Below, piece after piece: positions 32,680 through 46,994 of a DNA stretch of 64,000 nt. Each line of letters begins with the position of its first letter. The first letter of the stretch is position 1. Origin of the DNA: Heptranchias perlo. Its lineage: Eukaryota. The stretch spans positions 4,588,001 to 4,652,000 of the forward strand of contig NC_090355.1 of NCBI RefSeq assembly GCF_035084215.1, read 5' to 3'. A model generated the notes under the pieces. The model searched no databases. It had not been told where the DNA came from and saw only the letters and a list, made by a program, of their open reading frames with translations. The position numbers were made by a program, and so were the translations under genes.

Positions 32680-33970
32680 CTCATCTGTGCCCATCTTACC
32701 CGCAACTCCATGTTTGAATCCCTCCAATCAGGTTTCCGCCCCTGTCACAGTACTGAAACGACCCTTACCAAAGTCACAAATGACATCCTTTGTGACTGGA
32801 GAACAATCCCTCCTCAACCTTCTGCAGCCGTTGACACAGTTGACCACACTATCCACCTCCAATATCCAACTGCGTGGCACATCCCTCACCTGGTTCCATT
32901 ACCTATCCTGTCATAGCCAGAGAATCACCTGCAATGGCTTCTCTTCCTGCTCCCGCACCGTTAACTCTGGAGTCCCCCAAGGATCTATCCTTGGCCCCTC
33001 CTATTTCTCATCTACATGCTGCCCCTCGGCAACATCATCCGAAAACACTTACGACACCCAGCTCCACCTCATCACCACCTCCCTCAACATTTCCACTGTC
33101 TCTGATTTGTCATATTGCTTGTCCAATATCCAGTACTGGATGAGCAGAAATTTCCAACTAAATATTGGGAAGACTGAAGCCATTATCTTCAGTCCCCGCC
33201 ACAAACTCCATTCCTTAGCCATCAACTCCATCCCTCTCCCTGGCCACTGCCCGATGCTGAACCAGACCTTCTCAATCGTGACCCAGAGATGAGCTTCAAA
33301 CCACATATCCGCTCCATCACCAAGACAGCCTACTTCCACCTGCGTAACATCGCCCATCTCCGCCTCTGCCTCAACTCATCTGCTGCCAAAACCCTCATCC
33401 ATGCCTTTACTACCCCCAGACTGGACTATTCCAATGCTCTCTTGGCCAGCCTCCCATCGTGCACCCTCTGTAAACTTGAGCTTATCCAAAACGCTGCTGC
33501 CCGTATCCTAAATCGCACCAAGTCCCGTTCTCCCATCACCCTTGTGCTCGCTGACCTACATTGGCTCCCAGTCCAGCAATGCCTCCATTTTAAAATTCTC
33601 ATCCTTGTATTCAAATTCCTCCATGGTCTTGCCCCTCCCTATTTCTGTGACTTCCTCCAGCCCTACAACCAGCCGAGATCTCTGCGCTCCTCCAATTCTG
33701 GCCTCTTATGCATCCCTAATTTTAATCGTTTTACTTAGTAGCTGTGCCTTTAGCTGCCTAGGCTCTAAGCTTTGGAATTCCCTCCCTAAACCTCTCTCCT
33801 CCTTTAAGATGCTCCTTCAAACCTACCTCTTTGACCAAGCTTTTGGTCACCTGTCCTAATATATCCTTATGTGGCTCGGTGTTACATTTTGTTTGATAAT
33901 GTTCTACCTTGTGAAGCACCTTGGGACGTTTTATTATGTTAAAAGCGCTATATAAATGCAAGTTGTTGTT
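32680..33970 (+). mobile_element. L2 LINE, 3' part of ORF2 and tail
   Basis: QSGFRPCHSTET, GVPQGSILGP, AYFHLRNIA, RLDYSNALL, LHWLPV motifs; tail GCGCTATATAAATGCAAGTTGTTGTTG. Confidence 0.92.
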
Positions 33971-35224
33971 GGAGAAGGTAACTGGCCAACGGTACCAAGG
34001 TTAAACACTGTAACTGGAAAGCAAAGGAGATGCCAAGCTATTTATCACCACGACTGCTGTGTCTCTCTCTGAGTCCCATGCCAGTACTTTGCAATTGGTG
34101 AACCTCAGAAAGGAAGCATATGGCATCACTGGCAGATGGATTTGAACCACTTTAAAGAGCATCTATCCCAGACAAACTTAGCCAATTATGCTCCAACTTC
34201 CACTGCAAGTAGATCCTGATTAATGATCAGAACCATGTCTGGGCCCCATTTGTTTTCTGAGCCTAAAAGCCCATCATCAACTTGGTAATAGTGAAACCTT
34301 AGGCAAGAGTTGTTGACCATTCCACCTATTTCCTGTAAGGACACAAATCCATCCCTGGGAAAGGAAACATCTGACCTCAGGTTTCTTACCAACCTCCAAG
34401 GAATTGGTAGTCCAAATAACAAAAGAGATGTCAGACTTTTGAAAGGAATCCTACTTCCATGATGGGAGTGATGAGACCCAGATGAACGTATGTATAACCC
34501 TTGTTCATGACTATTGGCCGTAAGTGCATTGAGTGTAAGAATTTCTAAACCCTCTTCAACCTAGACCTCAAACTGAACCGTTCAGGGTTCTGCTACTAGG
34601 CAATGGCATTGAATTATGGAGTTTGGGCCGAGTTCCACTCAAACATATCCATAATGAGTCCCTCTCTTTTGTCCCACTTGTAGCCACGTGCTCACAAGGG
34701 GAGAAGTCTAGTACCATTAAACACACTAAGTTTCCCTGGAGAGCTTGTTCTGTATGGAAGAATTTTCAAAGTACACCCCAGTTCTGTCCTCCAGAAGCAG
34801 GGGATCTAGGCCATTTTAAAAAAGTTTGTCACATGTAAGCCAGTACAGCCAGGCCGACACTATCCTGGTCAGCTAGCCCTTTTTCCCCATTGCAGGGGTG
34901 TACCTTTGTTAAGAGGTGTTCTCGTTAATCAGCGTACTCCCAAAGTAGGGACTCCTGGTCCCCTCCAAAGCAGAGTCATTGACTCACTGTGTACTTGATT
35001 CCAGAGTAGGGTTTATATTAGTACCCGTGGCTCAATTTCTACCTGCATGAAGTGGGCCCAGGCCTTGTACCTCTGGTGGTTTTTGCACACTTCCATAACC
35101 CTTTCTCCAGCTTAACAGTAGGAAGACTGAAGCCACCCTCTTTGGCTATGCAACAAACTCCTCCCGCACCAGTGACTCCATCCCCTTTCCCAGCCACCGC
35201 CCAACAACAAACCGGTATGTTCAC

Positions 35225-35855
35225 AACCTTGGTGTAGTGTTTGACCCACAGCCGAGTTTCTTACCTAGTGTCATCTCCATTACAAAGACGGCCAACTTCC
35301 ACCTCTGCAATTTTGTCTGCATCTGCCTATCTGCCGTTGAAACCCTCGTACGTACCTTTGCTACCTCGATTACTCCAGTGGTCTCTGCCAGCCTCCCATC
35401 CTTCATAAACTCCAGCTCATCTAAGAGGCTGCTGCCTGCATCCTTTTCCACACCAAGACCCGCTCACCCATCACTCCCTCCATCCTGATTGATCCACATT
35501 GGTTCCCAGTCTCAAATTTATAATTCTTGCCCTTATCTTTAAAATCTCTGTAACCTCCTCCAGCCCTTTAACTTCCACAAATCTTTTCTTCCTCTGAATG
35601 CAGCCTCATGTGCACCCACCCCCCCTCCCTACACACCCTATGACTGGTGGCCATGCCTTCAGACACCTAGGTCCTACTCTCTGGCATTCCCTCTCCACCT
35701 CCTTTAAGATCCTCCTTAAAACCCATCTCTTTGACCAAACCTAAAGTGACCCCTCCCAATCTCTGTGGCTTGGCCTCCATTTTTCCTACTCCTTGGTGAA
35801 GCATCTTGGGATTTTTTTAATGTGTTAAAGGCACTATACAAATGCAAATTGTTAC
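35225..35855 (+). mobile_element. older L2 3' fragment
   Basis: Degenerate homology to 33280-33970, including the tail GGCACTATACAAATGCAAATTGTT. Confidence 0.75.
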
Positions 35856-36469
35856 TCCCATTCTTAAACTTCATTAATGCACCCAGGTAAAAACAAAGCG
35901 GTGGCTCGGTGCCAAAGGCCAGATCTAACAGACTAGTTGCTAATAATGTTAAAACCAATTGACATTCAAAGTAGGAAGCTATACTATAGTTAGGAATACC
36001 ATGGATTTGAGTGATTTTACACGTTTCATCCTGGAGTGTTCTTGAAGTACAATACCTACTGCAAGCTGGCCATTGGATAACAGACGCTGGCTCCCCCACC
36101 AATAGATCAATGGTCTCTATTAACACTTTAACCTCACTGGCTAATTCCAGGTGCCTGGAGCCATCTTAATAACAAGAGTGAAAAAACATTTGTCCTTTTG
36201 AATGCATTATTCAAAAATTCAATTTTACAAAAAGATAACTCGACCAATTAACAAAATAGAAAAGGTTTCAATTTCACCCAACTATACAAAAACAAACAGA
36301 GAGGGAGCACAGTGCAGCTCCACCTCCTTAGTGCTCCCAACTCAATGGTACAAAGCCCTTAAACAGAGCTGCCGAAGTGTACTGGGATAATCCTTGTGAT
36401 CACGGCTAATCGCCAGACACTGCATCGTTCTCACTCCCTTTAGTCACGTGTACAGCATTTACAGGCGTC

Positions 36470-39400
36470 TCAGTTTTCCACATCCTCTTCCTCGTTTTCA
36501 ACCTCCTTTTGATCATCATCTTCCACCATTTTCACCTCTTCTGTATCTTCCTCGTTCTCGTCTTCCTTGCTCTTTTCATGTTCCTCACTCTCAGGCTTCT
36601 TATCCTTCTTCTTCTGTTCTGAAGCTTCTTTCTTTCCTCGCTGCTCTCGCTTGTAAGCTGTCGGGAAAGAGGCAGGATCATAAGAGGTTTTAAATATCAG
36701 AAAACATGGGCATGAGATCAGCAATTCCCAGGATTTAGATCAGTGTGAGTCCTCAGTAAGGGGGAAAGTGATCAATTTAGCAGAACACAGATGAGAAAAT
36801 CACCAATCAGGAACCAAGAAGAAAGCATCCCATATTTAAGTGTGGAATGAATAAAAACACCAAGGATGAGCAGAAATTGTTACTCTGATCATTTGGAAAC
36901 CAGGCCAAGATAGGCCTCAACTAGTTCTCAATTAGGACCTTGTTAACATGTTAATGGATCCATTATTCAACCCATGAATATGTTTGCATCTCATAGAAAA
37001 CTGCACTGTTAATCAGATTCGTTCTTGCCCACAGAGTTAGTCAATTGCGGACTCTTGTTGTAGCCCAACCATACTTTTTGGCATTCTTACTGGGTGGTCC
37101 TTGGAATTTATCTCGAGTTCCTGCCTACGGCCATGATTCTTTAGGGACAAGAGATAATTGTTCCACTGATTTATTCACATGTGGGGGAGTCCAAAACTAG
37201 GGACCATAAGTATAAGATAGTCACCAATAAATCCAGTAGGGAATTCAGGAGAAACTTCTTTACCCAGGACAGTAGTTTGAATGTGGAATCCGCTACCAGC
37301 GGGAGTGCTTGCGGTGATTAGCATAGATGCATTTAGGGGGAAACTAGATAAATACATGAGGGAGAAAAGAATAGAAACATAGAAAATAGGAGCAAGAGTA
37401 GGCCATTCAGCCCTTCGGGCCTGCTCCGCTATTCAAAATGATCATGGCTGATTGTCTAACTCAGTACCCTGTTCCCGCTTTTACCCCATATCCCTTGATC
37501 CCTTTAGCATTAAGTAATATATCTATCTCCTTCTTGAATACATCTAATGACTTGGCCTCCACTGCCTTCTGTGGTAGAGAATTCCACAGGTTCACCACCC
37601 TCAATGAAGAAATTTCTCCTCATCTCGGTTCTAAATGGCATACCCCGTATACTGAGACTGTGACCCCTGGTTCTGGACTCCCCAGCCATTGGGAACATCC
37701 TCCCTGCATCTAGTCCTGTTAGAATTTTATATGTTTCGATGAGATCACCTCTCATTCTTCTAAACTCCAGTGAATATAGGCCTAGTCAACCCAATCTCTC
37801 CTCATACGTCAGTCCTGCCATCCCAGGAATCAGTCTGGTAAACCTTCGTTGCACTCTCTCCATGGCAAGGACATCCTTCCTCAGATAAGGAGACCAAAAC
37901 TGTACACAATACTCCAGATGTAGTCTCACCAAGGCCCTGTATAACCGCAGTAAGACATCCCTGCTCCTGTACTCAAATCCTCTTGCAATAAAGGCCAACA
38001 TACCATTCGCCTTCCTAACTGCTTGCTGCACCTGAATGCTCGCTTTCAGCAACTGGTGTATAAGGACACCCATGTCTCGTTGCACCTCCCCTTTTCCCAA
38101 TCTATCACCATTCAGATAATAATCTGTCTTTCTGTTTTTACAACCAAAGTGGATAACCTCACAGTTATCCACGTTATACTGCATCTGCCATGTTCTTGCC
38201 CACTCACCCAACTTGTCTAAATCACATTGGAGCCTCTTTGCATCCCCCTCACAGCTCACATTCCACCCCAGCTTTGTGTCGTCTGCAAACTTGAAAATGT
38301 TACATCTAGTTCCCTCATCCAAATCACTGATATATATTGTGAATAGCTGGGGCCCAAGCACTGATCCCTGCGGTACCCCACTAGTCACTGCCTGCCACCC
38401 GGAAAAAGACCCGTTTATTCCTACTCTGTTTCCTGTCTGTCAACCAATTCTCAATCCATGCCAGTATATTCCCCCCAATCCCATTTGCTTTAATTTTGCA
38501 CACTAACCTCTTGTGTGGGACCTTATCAAAAGCCTTCTGAAAATCTAAATACACCACATCCACTGGTTCTCCCCTATCTATTCTACTAGTTACCTCCTCA
38601 AAAAACTCCAGTAGATTTGTTAAGCATGATTTTCCTTTCATAAACCCATGCTGACTTTGTCCAATCCCATTAATGCCTTCCAAATGTTCTGTTATCACAT
38701 TCTTTATAATAGACACTAGCATTTTCCCCACTATTGATGTTAGGCTAACTAGTCTGTAATTCTCTCCCTCCTTTTTTAAATAGTGGGGTTACATTTGCCA
38801 CCCTCCAATCTGTAGGAACTGTTTCCAGAGTCTAAAGAATTTTGGAAGATGACCACCAATGCCTCCATTATTTCCAGGGCCACTTCCTTTATTACTCTGG
38901 GATGTAAATTATCAGGCCCTGGGGATTTGTCAGCCTTTAGCCCCATTAATTTCCCTAACACTTTTTTTTTACTAATACTGATTTCCTTCAGTTCCTCCCT
39001 CTCACTAGACCCTTGGTTCCCTAACATTTCCGGGAGGTTATTTGTGTCCTTTGTGAAGATAGAACCAAAGTATGTGTTTAATTGTTCTGCCATTTCTTTG
39101 TTCCCCATTATAATTTCCCCCATTTCTGACTGTAAGGAACCTACATTTGTTTTCACTAATCTTTTTCTCGTGACATATTTATAGAAGCTTTTACAGTCAG
39201 TTTTTATGTTCACTGCTAGTTTACTGTCATACTCTATTTTTCCCCTCTTAATCAATCTCTTTGTTCTCCTTTGCTGAATTCTGAACTGCTCCCAATCCTC
39301 AGGCTTGTCGCTTTTCTGGCAATTTTATGTGTCTCCTCTTTGGATCTAATACTATCCCTAATTTCTTTTGTAAGCCACGGTTGAGCCACTTTTCCTGTTT

Positions 39401-42400
39401 TATTTTTGCGCCAATAGAAGGATATGCTGATAGGGTTAGATGAAGTAGGGTGGGAGGAAGCTCGTGTGGAGCATAAAAACACCGGCATAGACCAGTTGGA
39501 CCAAATAGCCTGTTTCTGTGCTGTAGATTCTATGTAATCCACTACCCTATCAGTTGTTGATATAGCTGCCTTTGCCACACTTGCCCTGGGAATGCTCGAT
39601 GCTGATCCCTGGGTGCCTGAAATGGGAGTGTGTTCCAATCTACCATTCTTCGACTTGAACACAAAACATTAATGAAAAAGTAAGCAATCGACTAGAGGAG
39701 TGTTCCATCTACCCAGCCCTGAGAGTAAGACATACAAGTTTTGGTTTCAAATACTTACTCACCAATAACCTGCTCACTGATGCTCAGTTTGGGTTCCGCC
39801 AGTACCACTTGGCTCCAGACCTCATTACAGCCTTGGTCCAAACATGGACAAAAGAGCTGAATTCCAGAGGAGAGGTGAGAGAGACTGCCCTTGACATCAA
39901 GGCAGCATTTGACAGAGTGTGGCACCAAGGAGCCCAAGTAAAATTAAAGTCAATGGGAATCAGGGGGAAAACTTGCCACTGGCTGGAGTCATACCTAGCA
40001 CAAAAGAAGATGGTAGTGGTTGTTGGAGGCCAATCATCTCAGCCCCAGGACATTGCTGCAGGACTTCCTCAGGGCAGTGTCTTCGGCCCAACATCTTCAG
40101 CTGCTTCATCAATGACCTTCCCTCCATCATAACGTCAGAAATGGGGATGTTCTCTGATGATTGCATAGTGTTTAGTTCCATTCGCAACCCCTCAAATAAT
40201 GAAGCAGTCCGTGCCCGCATGCAGCAAGACCTGGACAACATCCAGGCTTGGGCTGATAAGCGGCAAGTAACATTCGCTCCAGACAAGTGCCAGCCAATGA
40301 CCATCTCCAACGAGAGTCTAACCACCTCCCCTTGACATTCAACGGCATTACCATCGCTGAATCCTCCACCAACATCCTGGGGGTCACCACTGACCAGAAA
40401 CCTAAATGGACCAGCCACATAAATACTGTGGCTACAAGAGCAGGTCAGAGGCTGGGTATTCTGCGGCGAGTGACTCACCTCCTGACTCCCCAAAGCCTTT
40501 CCACCATCTACAAGATACAAGTCAGGAGTGTGATGGAATACTCTCCACTTGCCTGGATGAGTGCAGCTCCAACAACACTGGAAGCTTGACACCATCGAGG
40601 ACAAAGCAGCCCGCTTGATTAACATCCCATCCACCACCCTAAACATTCACTCCCTTCACCACCAGCGCACAGTGGCAGCAGTGTGTACCATCTACAGGAT
40701 GCACTGCAGCAACTTGCCAAGGCATCTTCGACAGCACCTCCCAAACCCGTGACCTCTACCACCTAGAAGTAGGACAAGGGCAGCAGGCACATGGGAACAC
40801 CACCACCTGCACGTTCCCCTCCAAGTCACACACCATCCCGACTTGGAAATATAGCGCCGTTCCTTCAGCGTCGCGTAGTCAAAATCATGGAATTCCCTAC
40901 CTAACAGCACTATGGGAGAACTTTCACCACACGGACTGCAGCAGTTCAAGAAGGCGGCTCATCACCACATTCTCAAGGGCAATTAGGGATGGGCAATAAA
41001 TGCTGGCCTTGCCAGCAATGCCCACACCCCATGAACGAATAAAAAAAATGCCAAATCCAGTTTCTACCGTATGATGCCACGGTATTGATCGCATCAAGTG
41101 TCTGTAAAGGATGTATTCACTTGTATTGTACACCAGTTTTTCAGTTCATTTTAAAGTACTTGTCGCATACCTGTAAAATGTCACTTTTTGCATTAGGAAA
41201 CAAAACCAGAGACATTCAAAATGCAGCTACAATTTGTAGTTATGGTCCTTACTTAGGTGTGCAGAATGATCTTGTCCTTGCCATTTCGTTAATTAAATGA
41301 TGCAATTCAATTAGTTCAACAGTTTAAACAGTATGTCACAGGCTCCTCACCTTCCAATGCATCTTTCAGTGGGGTAATGAAGCGATCAAACTCCATCTCT
41401 TCCATTGCTGCAAGCACATCAGAGGCACTCAGTGTCTTCCTCTTGCTCTTCATTGCAAAGTTATTTGCGCTGGGAAGATACACAGACTTTAATGCATCTC
41501 TTTACCACCTTTGTGTATGATACAGCCATTAAAACACCATCCCACAGGCTTAATGCATCACACAACCCCAACATCAAGACATAGCTCTCAGTGCACCATT
41601 AGACAGCCTTCAGCACAGAGATAAGGCCCTAAGTGTCATTAAGCATTGGAGAGATTCAAGCCATTTTATTCAGCTTCCTCCAAAAACTCTTGTACCCTTG
41701 CCCCCAAGTGCATCCATGATTTCATTGTTACCTACCCAAACATAGCCAGTGCATCTGCAGCAATAGCTTCTCATCCCTCCCCTGTATTACCTCCAGAATC
41801 TATCCTTGGCACTCTCCCCTTATGTATGTGCTGTCCCTTGGTGACATCATCCACAGGGTCAGCTTCATATGTATGTTGACCACATCTTGTTCTATTTCTC
41901 CACCATCTCTTGCTGCTGGCATGCTGTCAAGCTGCTTGTCCAACATGAAGTCAAGGATGAGTCCTAATTTCCTCCAATTCAACACCAGAAAATAAAAGCC
42001 ATTGTCCTTGATGCTTACCACAAAATTCCTCTGCTGCTGACTTCACCCCCCCCACCACCACCTTTCTGGCTATTATCTCGGGCCAAATCAGATCATTTGC
42101 AACCATGGCCTCCTATTCAAGCTGAGCTGAGCTTTAAACCCTACATCCCATCAATCAAGACTGCTTATTTCCACCATTGCAACACTGCCCACTCCACCCC
42201 ACCTCAGCTCCTCCACCGACTAAAATCCTTATACATGCATTGGTCACGTCCAGACCCGGCCACTCTCCTTGCTGGCCTCCCAACTTCCATTAACTCCAAC
42301 TTGTCCACAACTTTGTTGCAAGTGTTCTGTCCCACACAGAGTCTTGCTCCTCCATCAACCTGTCCTCATTGACCTACATTAGCTCCTGATCCCAAACACA

Positions 42401-45400
42401 TTAAACTTAAAATCCTTGTCCTCATCTTGAAATCACCCCCATGGCCTCATGCCACTCTATCTCTGCAATTTCTTTCAGCCCTACATCCCTTCCTGAGCAT
42501 TCATTCCTCTGACTCTGGCATTCCGTTCTCACAGCTCACAGAAGCCCAGAAAAGAACGCTGCCCTTTTCTTGGCTCCCCATTGCAGTAAGTTGACGCCCA
42601 GAAGCTTGCAGATAGTTTGTGGGTGAATTTATAATTAACGAGCAGCGGACACCATTCCTTCATCGCTCAGCATAATTTCCGGACCAATATCTTTACTCAG
42701 AGAGTGGTTAGAATATGGAACTTGAAAAATTGAGGTGAATAGCTTAGATGCACTTAAGGGGAAAACTAGATAAGTACACAAGGGAGAAAGGAATAGAAGG
42801 ATATGTTGATAGGATTAGATGAAGAAGGGTGGGAGGAAGCTTGTGTGGAACATAAACACCGGCATAGACCCGTTGGGCCGAATAGCCTGTTTCTGTGCTG
42901 TAAATACTATTTAACATAAAATTAGAAACAAAACACATTTACCAGACACAGAGAATAGCTAAAGGGGGGCATGTAAGTAGAATGGGATGCAAGTTTTTAA
43001 ATGGTCTTTCGCCATTAAGATCTCGGTTCACATCAGCCCAGAGTGAAGGAATGAAATCTCTTCTTTGTTAATTCTATGTAAAACCAGTTTGAACAGTGTC
43101 CATCTGATTCCTACAAGATGTAGATCTACCAGGACAAAGCTGCTCGTTAAACAGCACTAAATTGGAAATCTCACTCAGTTGCCAACTTTGAGTGGAGGGA
43201 GCTTTATTGTACCTGTAACCATACTATTTCTCAACAGTGTCATGATTGATGCTGACATTCTTCAGCATTAACATCTTTCACTTTGATGAGCACAAAATTC
43301 AATAAAAGTCATAAAAAACGAAGCTTTGCCACTGTGATAGCTCTATAGTTAAACCAATCAGAGAAGGCATGCTAGAATTACAGAGAGCCACAGGGCTACG
43401 TGGCTTTACTGCTCAAGTGGAGTTTCTTACCAGGAGGTTGCATAAAGAACAAAGACACTAGCTGCTCGGGATATTGCGCTGCGGGCTTCCTTTGACACAT
43501 TCACTCCATCTGGAAGCTAAGAGAAGAAGAAACAGATTAATCCAACTGCATGCAAACTAGCTTTATACCAGTTCTATAGATTGAGCACAACTATATTATA
43601 GATAGAAAGTCATTTAGCAAGCAGCCATATAGCCAATGTAGAGCAATTTTGTTGTTCACGAGATGATATTTGACTTCCAAAAATATACCACTTTTTAACC
43701 TGGGGGCTAGCAAGAAGGACAGTTTTCTGGAACTCTACATCGCCCCATTCCATCAACTAATCCCAAGCCCTTATGTGATGCCATATAGTAATGTAAAGTG
43801 CTTCCTCGCATTGATTATCCAAGCACCCCCTTCAGATAACAAAGGCTGCACTTGTTCTAATTATCCTTACAGTCAAATGCAAATAAACAAACCTCATCAA
43901 AGCACAATTTCCATGACTCAACCCATTCCTCTCCCTTGTACAAAAACTCAAGGAACCCAACATTTCCCATTTACTCCCACTGTACAGAAATCCAAGGGAC
44001 CAAACCAATTGTACAGAAATCCAATGGATCTAACTGCTTCCGGCTCACTCCAATTGCATAAAAGCCCGGTGGACCCAACTACATTCCATTCACTTCTACA
44101 GTGTGGGAACCAAATAGATCTGCATACAAACCCAGCAGACACAAAACCTTACCATTCACTCCCACTGCATACAAAACTTGACAGCTCAACTCTTCCTATT
44201 CATTACTGCTATGCATAGAAACACAGTGAACCAAACTCCTTCATATTCACTCCCATTGTACAACATAGGTTTACAAACTGGAGTCCCCAAGGCAATCCAG
44301 GGAGTGGGGTCCTCGAGGTCATGAAATTTCTGTCCATCTCATTTGATTTTTGTATTTGTTAAAATATTAGCAAGTTACTTCCATGGCTGTAAACTAATAA
44401 AGTAAAAACTTTTTCTGCAATGATAGTGCTGTTTTCCTTTGGGTAACTGGAACTGTCTTTTGGAAATAAGGACAGAGATGCCTATTTGAGAGGGAACTTC
44501 AGTAACATACAGATATTAGCATGGGTCCCCCACACAGAAAAGTTTGAAAACTACTATTTTACAGAAACCCAAATCTTTCCTTATCACTGCAACTGAGGAG
44601 AAACTCAATGGACTAAACTCCAATCAAATCACCCTCACTGTTTAGAAATCTAATGGACTTGTTATGTTTTGGGGTTTCAGATATCTACTTGGGTTTAGCT
44701 AACCGGAATATATCATGTGCCTCCTGACCTTCAGTAGGCAGATGAACATGCATTCTAACAGACCGTAGCTCAGGCTGTAAACCACTAGACAACTTTATTG
44801 AACATTAAAAGAGATAAATGCATAGTACTGAACAAAAAGAATATGTATGCAGTAAATATAGATTTCACTATCCTCCTTGGAATCAAAACATGCACTTTGC
44901 ATGCGCTAACCCGCAACATAAAATTAACCCTTCAAACACAGTTGCTTATTTCTTACGTATGCAATCGCTACCACAGTCATCTGATGAGTTTCAGATTCAT
45001 TTTAAAAACTATGGAGTTATATTTGCTCTCCAGCATGAAATTGGAGTAGTGGGCAGTTTTGGCAGGGGAGAGTGAGGACCAATAGCACTTGGTGTGTTCC
45101 AGCCAGATCTGGAGATGGATGCGAAACCAGCTGTGTGCCATCGTACTTTCAAACTGTGCCCTTGGACTTGAGGGAGCTTAGGTGGGGGGCCATTCCAGCG
45201 GGAATGACTGAAATGTGAGGAGTAAAGATTTTGCTGGGAATAAGAACATTAAAAGGTGGAGCCAAGGAATGGTTGAGGAAATCAACAGTTGCATAAATAT
45301 TGTGGTGAATGGAGGGTCAAAAGCTAGGCAGTTTGAAAATGCAGCTGTAAGCGACCTGGGGGAAAGTTTTTTCCTCAGGTGTGGATGCAGAAAGAAGGGT

Positions 45401-46498
45401 ATTGAAGGGGGTAGGGTGATGTAGGCGGTGAGGGATACAATGAAGTGGTCAGAGATAGCCTCGACAGTGATCAAGACCACGGGAGTAGAGGTCACAGGAG
45501 ATGGCAAGGTCAAGAGGGTGGCCGTGAATATGATTAGTAGAGTTTATATGGAGGGAGAGGTTTAGGGAAAACAGGAGGGCACTTTGTGCAATACCATCCA
45601 AGGAGTAGCTCCAAATTCCTCTGAATATATCTCAGAGTAAAGAACGTTCAAACTGTATTCCTCATAACTACATTTAGGTAGTCGGACAAAAGTACAGTTG
45701 GAAAACGTTTAAAACAGCTGTGTAGGATGCTGACTAAATGGAACGGTGTGACCCTTTCGTCAGTTCCAAATATTTTGAATGATCCATGAGGCAGGTCCCC
45801 ATCCAAGGACAATAGCAGCAATTGATGCACGCACATCAAGGCCTTTGACATACCAGACTGCAATGTACATACTCTGCAGCTTGCAGAAATGGCTAGCAGT
45901 CATCAATTTTAACCGTGTGTCATGACCAGCAAGAAAGAATCCAATAAAAAATCCACCGAAGACAAAAATCCTTCTTTTGTCACAAACCATATAGAAATGA
46001 ATCCATCCCCTTTCCATTCACCCCCACTGTATATTAACCCACTGGACTCATTCCCTCCTGTTGTACATGATTTTCTATGTAATACAATTTTTTGATAGAA
46101 TCCATGTTCCAAAGTTATCAATTTTTTTAATAATCTGTTCATTGGCCAGTCACTCCACTGCCACATTTCACAATTTAAAAACCAAAATCAGCTCATGAAA
46201 AATATATTTTTAAGTATTTTCTAACATCCGGTGAATGACTATGCAGTTGTAGGAGTTCCTGATCATTTATTAGGAAAATAAATTATGCATTTATCAGCTA
46301 TTGGTTGCACAAAAATAGCAATAATGACTCGAGGTATGAAGACACCATTCATCAATCTTATGGAATTAAATTAATAAAATCTGTGATTTATGGATCCCTG
46401 TATAAATTGTGAGAAACCCCAGCAGTGCTCACCGCCTCTTTGATAATCCTGGTAATGACTGCATTCGGCAGGTTTAAATCCTCTGGTCTCTCGGCCAT
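36470..46498 (-). CDS. POLE3: DNA polymerase epsilon subunit 3 (CHRAC17), histone-fold protein, complete
   Basis: Coding exons 46498-46433 ([22 protein letters not shown]), 43516-43431 ([28 protein letters not shown]), 41469-41351 ([39 protein letters not shown]), 36657-36470 ([14 protein letters not shown]...EEEDVEN*). Total 459 nt = 152 aa; GT-AG with consistent phases. Confidence 0.97.
37377..39412 (-). mobile_element. CR1 LINE (2 kb, RT region) nested in an older CR1 3' fragment
   Basis: ORFs with [53 protein letters not shown] on both sides (37370-37376, 39413-39419). Host pieces 37175-37376 and 39413-39537 (+). Confidence 0.93.
39755..41048 (+). mobile_element. non-LTR retrotransposon of a second family (CR1/Jockey group, possibly Zenon-like), RT and 3' end
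   Basis: [39 protein letters not shown]; ends in poly-A. Clearly different from the HER1-type CR1 copies. Confidence 0.88.
41790..42520 (+). mobile_element. old L2 fragment
   Basis: Degenerate homology to 32980-33720 (LSFKPYI..KTAYFH). Confidence 0.7.
43915..44660. repeat. degenerate ~45-bp tandem repeat, interrupted by a hAT MITE
   Basis: Recurring CATTCACTCCCACTGTACAGAAA...GGACCCAAAC-like units. Confidence 0.6.
44264..44556. mobile_element. hAT-type non-autonomous DNA transposon (MITE)
   Basis: Imperfect TIRs CATAGGTTTACAAACT / AGTTTGAAAACTACTA; degenerate 8-bp TSD TTGTACAA / TTTTACAG. Confidence 0.6.
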
Positions 46499-46994
46499 CT
46501 TTCTCACCTAAACCACAAATACAGAAACCAATTCAGATTGTTAGAAATGTGACAATTCAGGAGCAGCTGAGACATTCCTCTCAACTCCAGAACTACCTAC
46601 CCACTCTCAAATGTGACATCATGGCCAAGACCTAATATCTTGGACATACATGTAGCCGTGCATTTGTGGTTCAAAGGCACAATAAGCAATGCATTCTTGG
46701 CTGTTTGGATGCTGGCTGGCCAGTAAGGCAGAGGATACATTTATATTTAAGTGGCTTCCACCACACTACCAGATAATCTAAAGTCCATATCCATTTAAGA
46801 AAAACACTATGCACGTATGAAAACATGACATTCGGCTACGTGCACATTTTTTTTCTGAACAGCACAATGAAAAAAAACAAACTTTTGCTACCCAGTTTGG
46901 AATTATCAAAATAATTTGGCAGCTGATTGAAAAAGTCAATTTTTCAGTGTACGCAGTCAATGGTCACCCTACTGCACCCACTGAACCAGGCCTT

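Noticed and set aside
37786-40646. RT-like ORFs as host genes or active elements (also 47321-47965, 52738-53502, 59221-60145)
   Set aside because: All are 5'-truncated and/or frameshifted LINE fragments; none has a complete ORF2.
43670-44218. 182-aa plus-strand ORF in a POLE3 intron
   Set aside because: Runs through a degenerate tandem repeat, has a non-ATG start and shows no recognisable homology.
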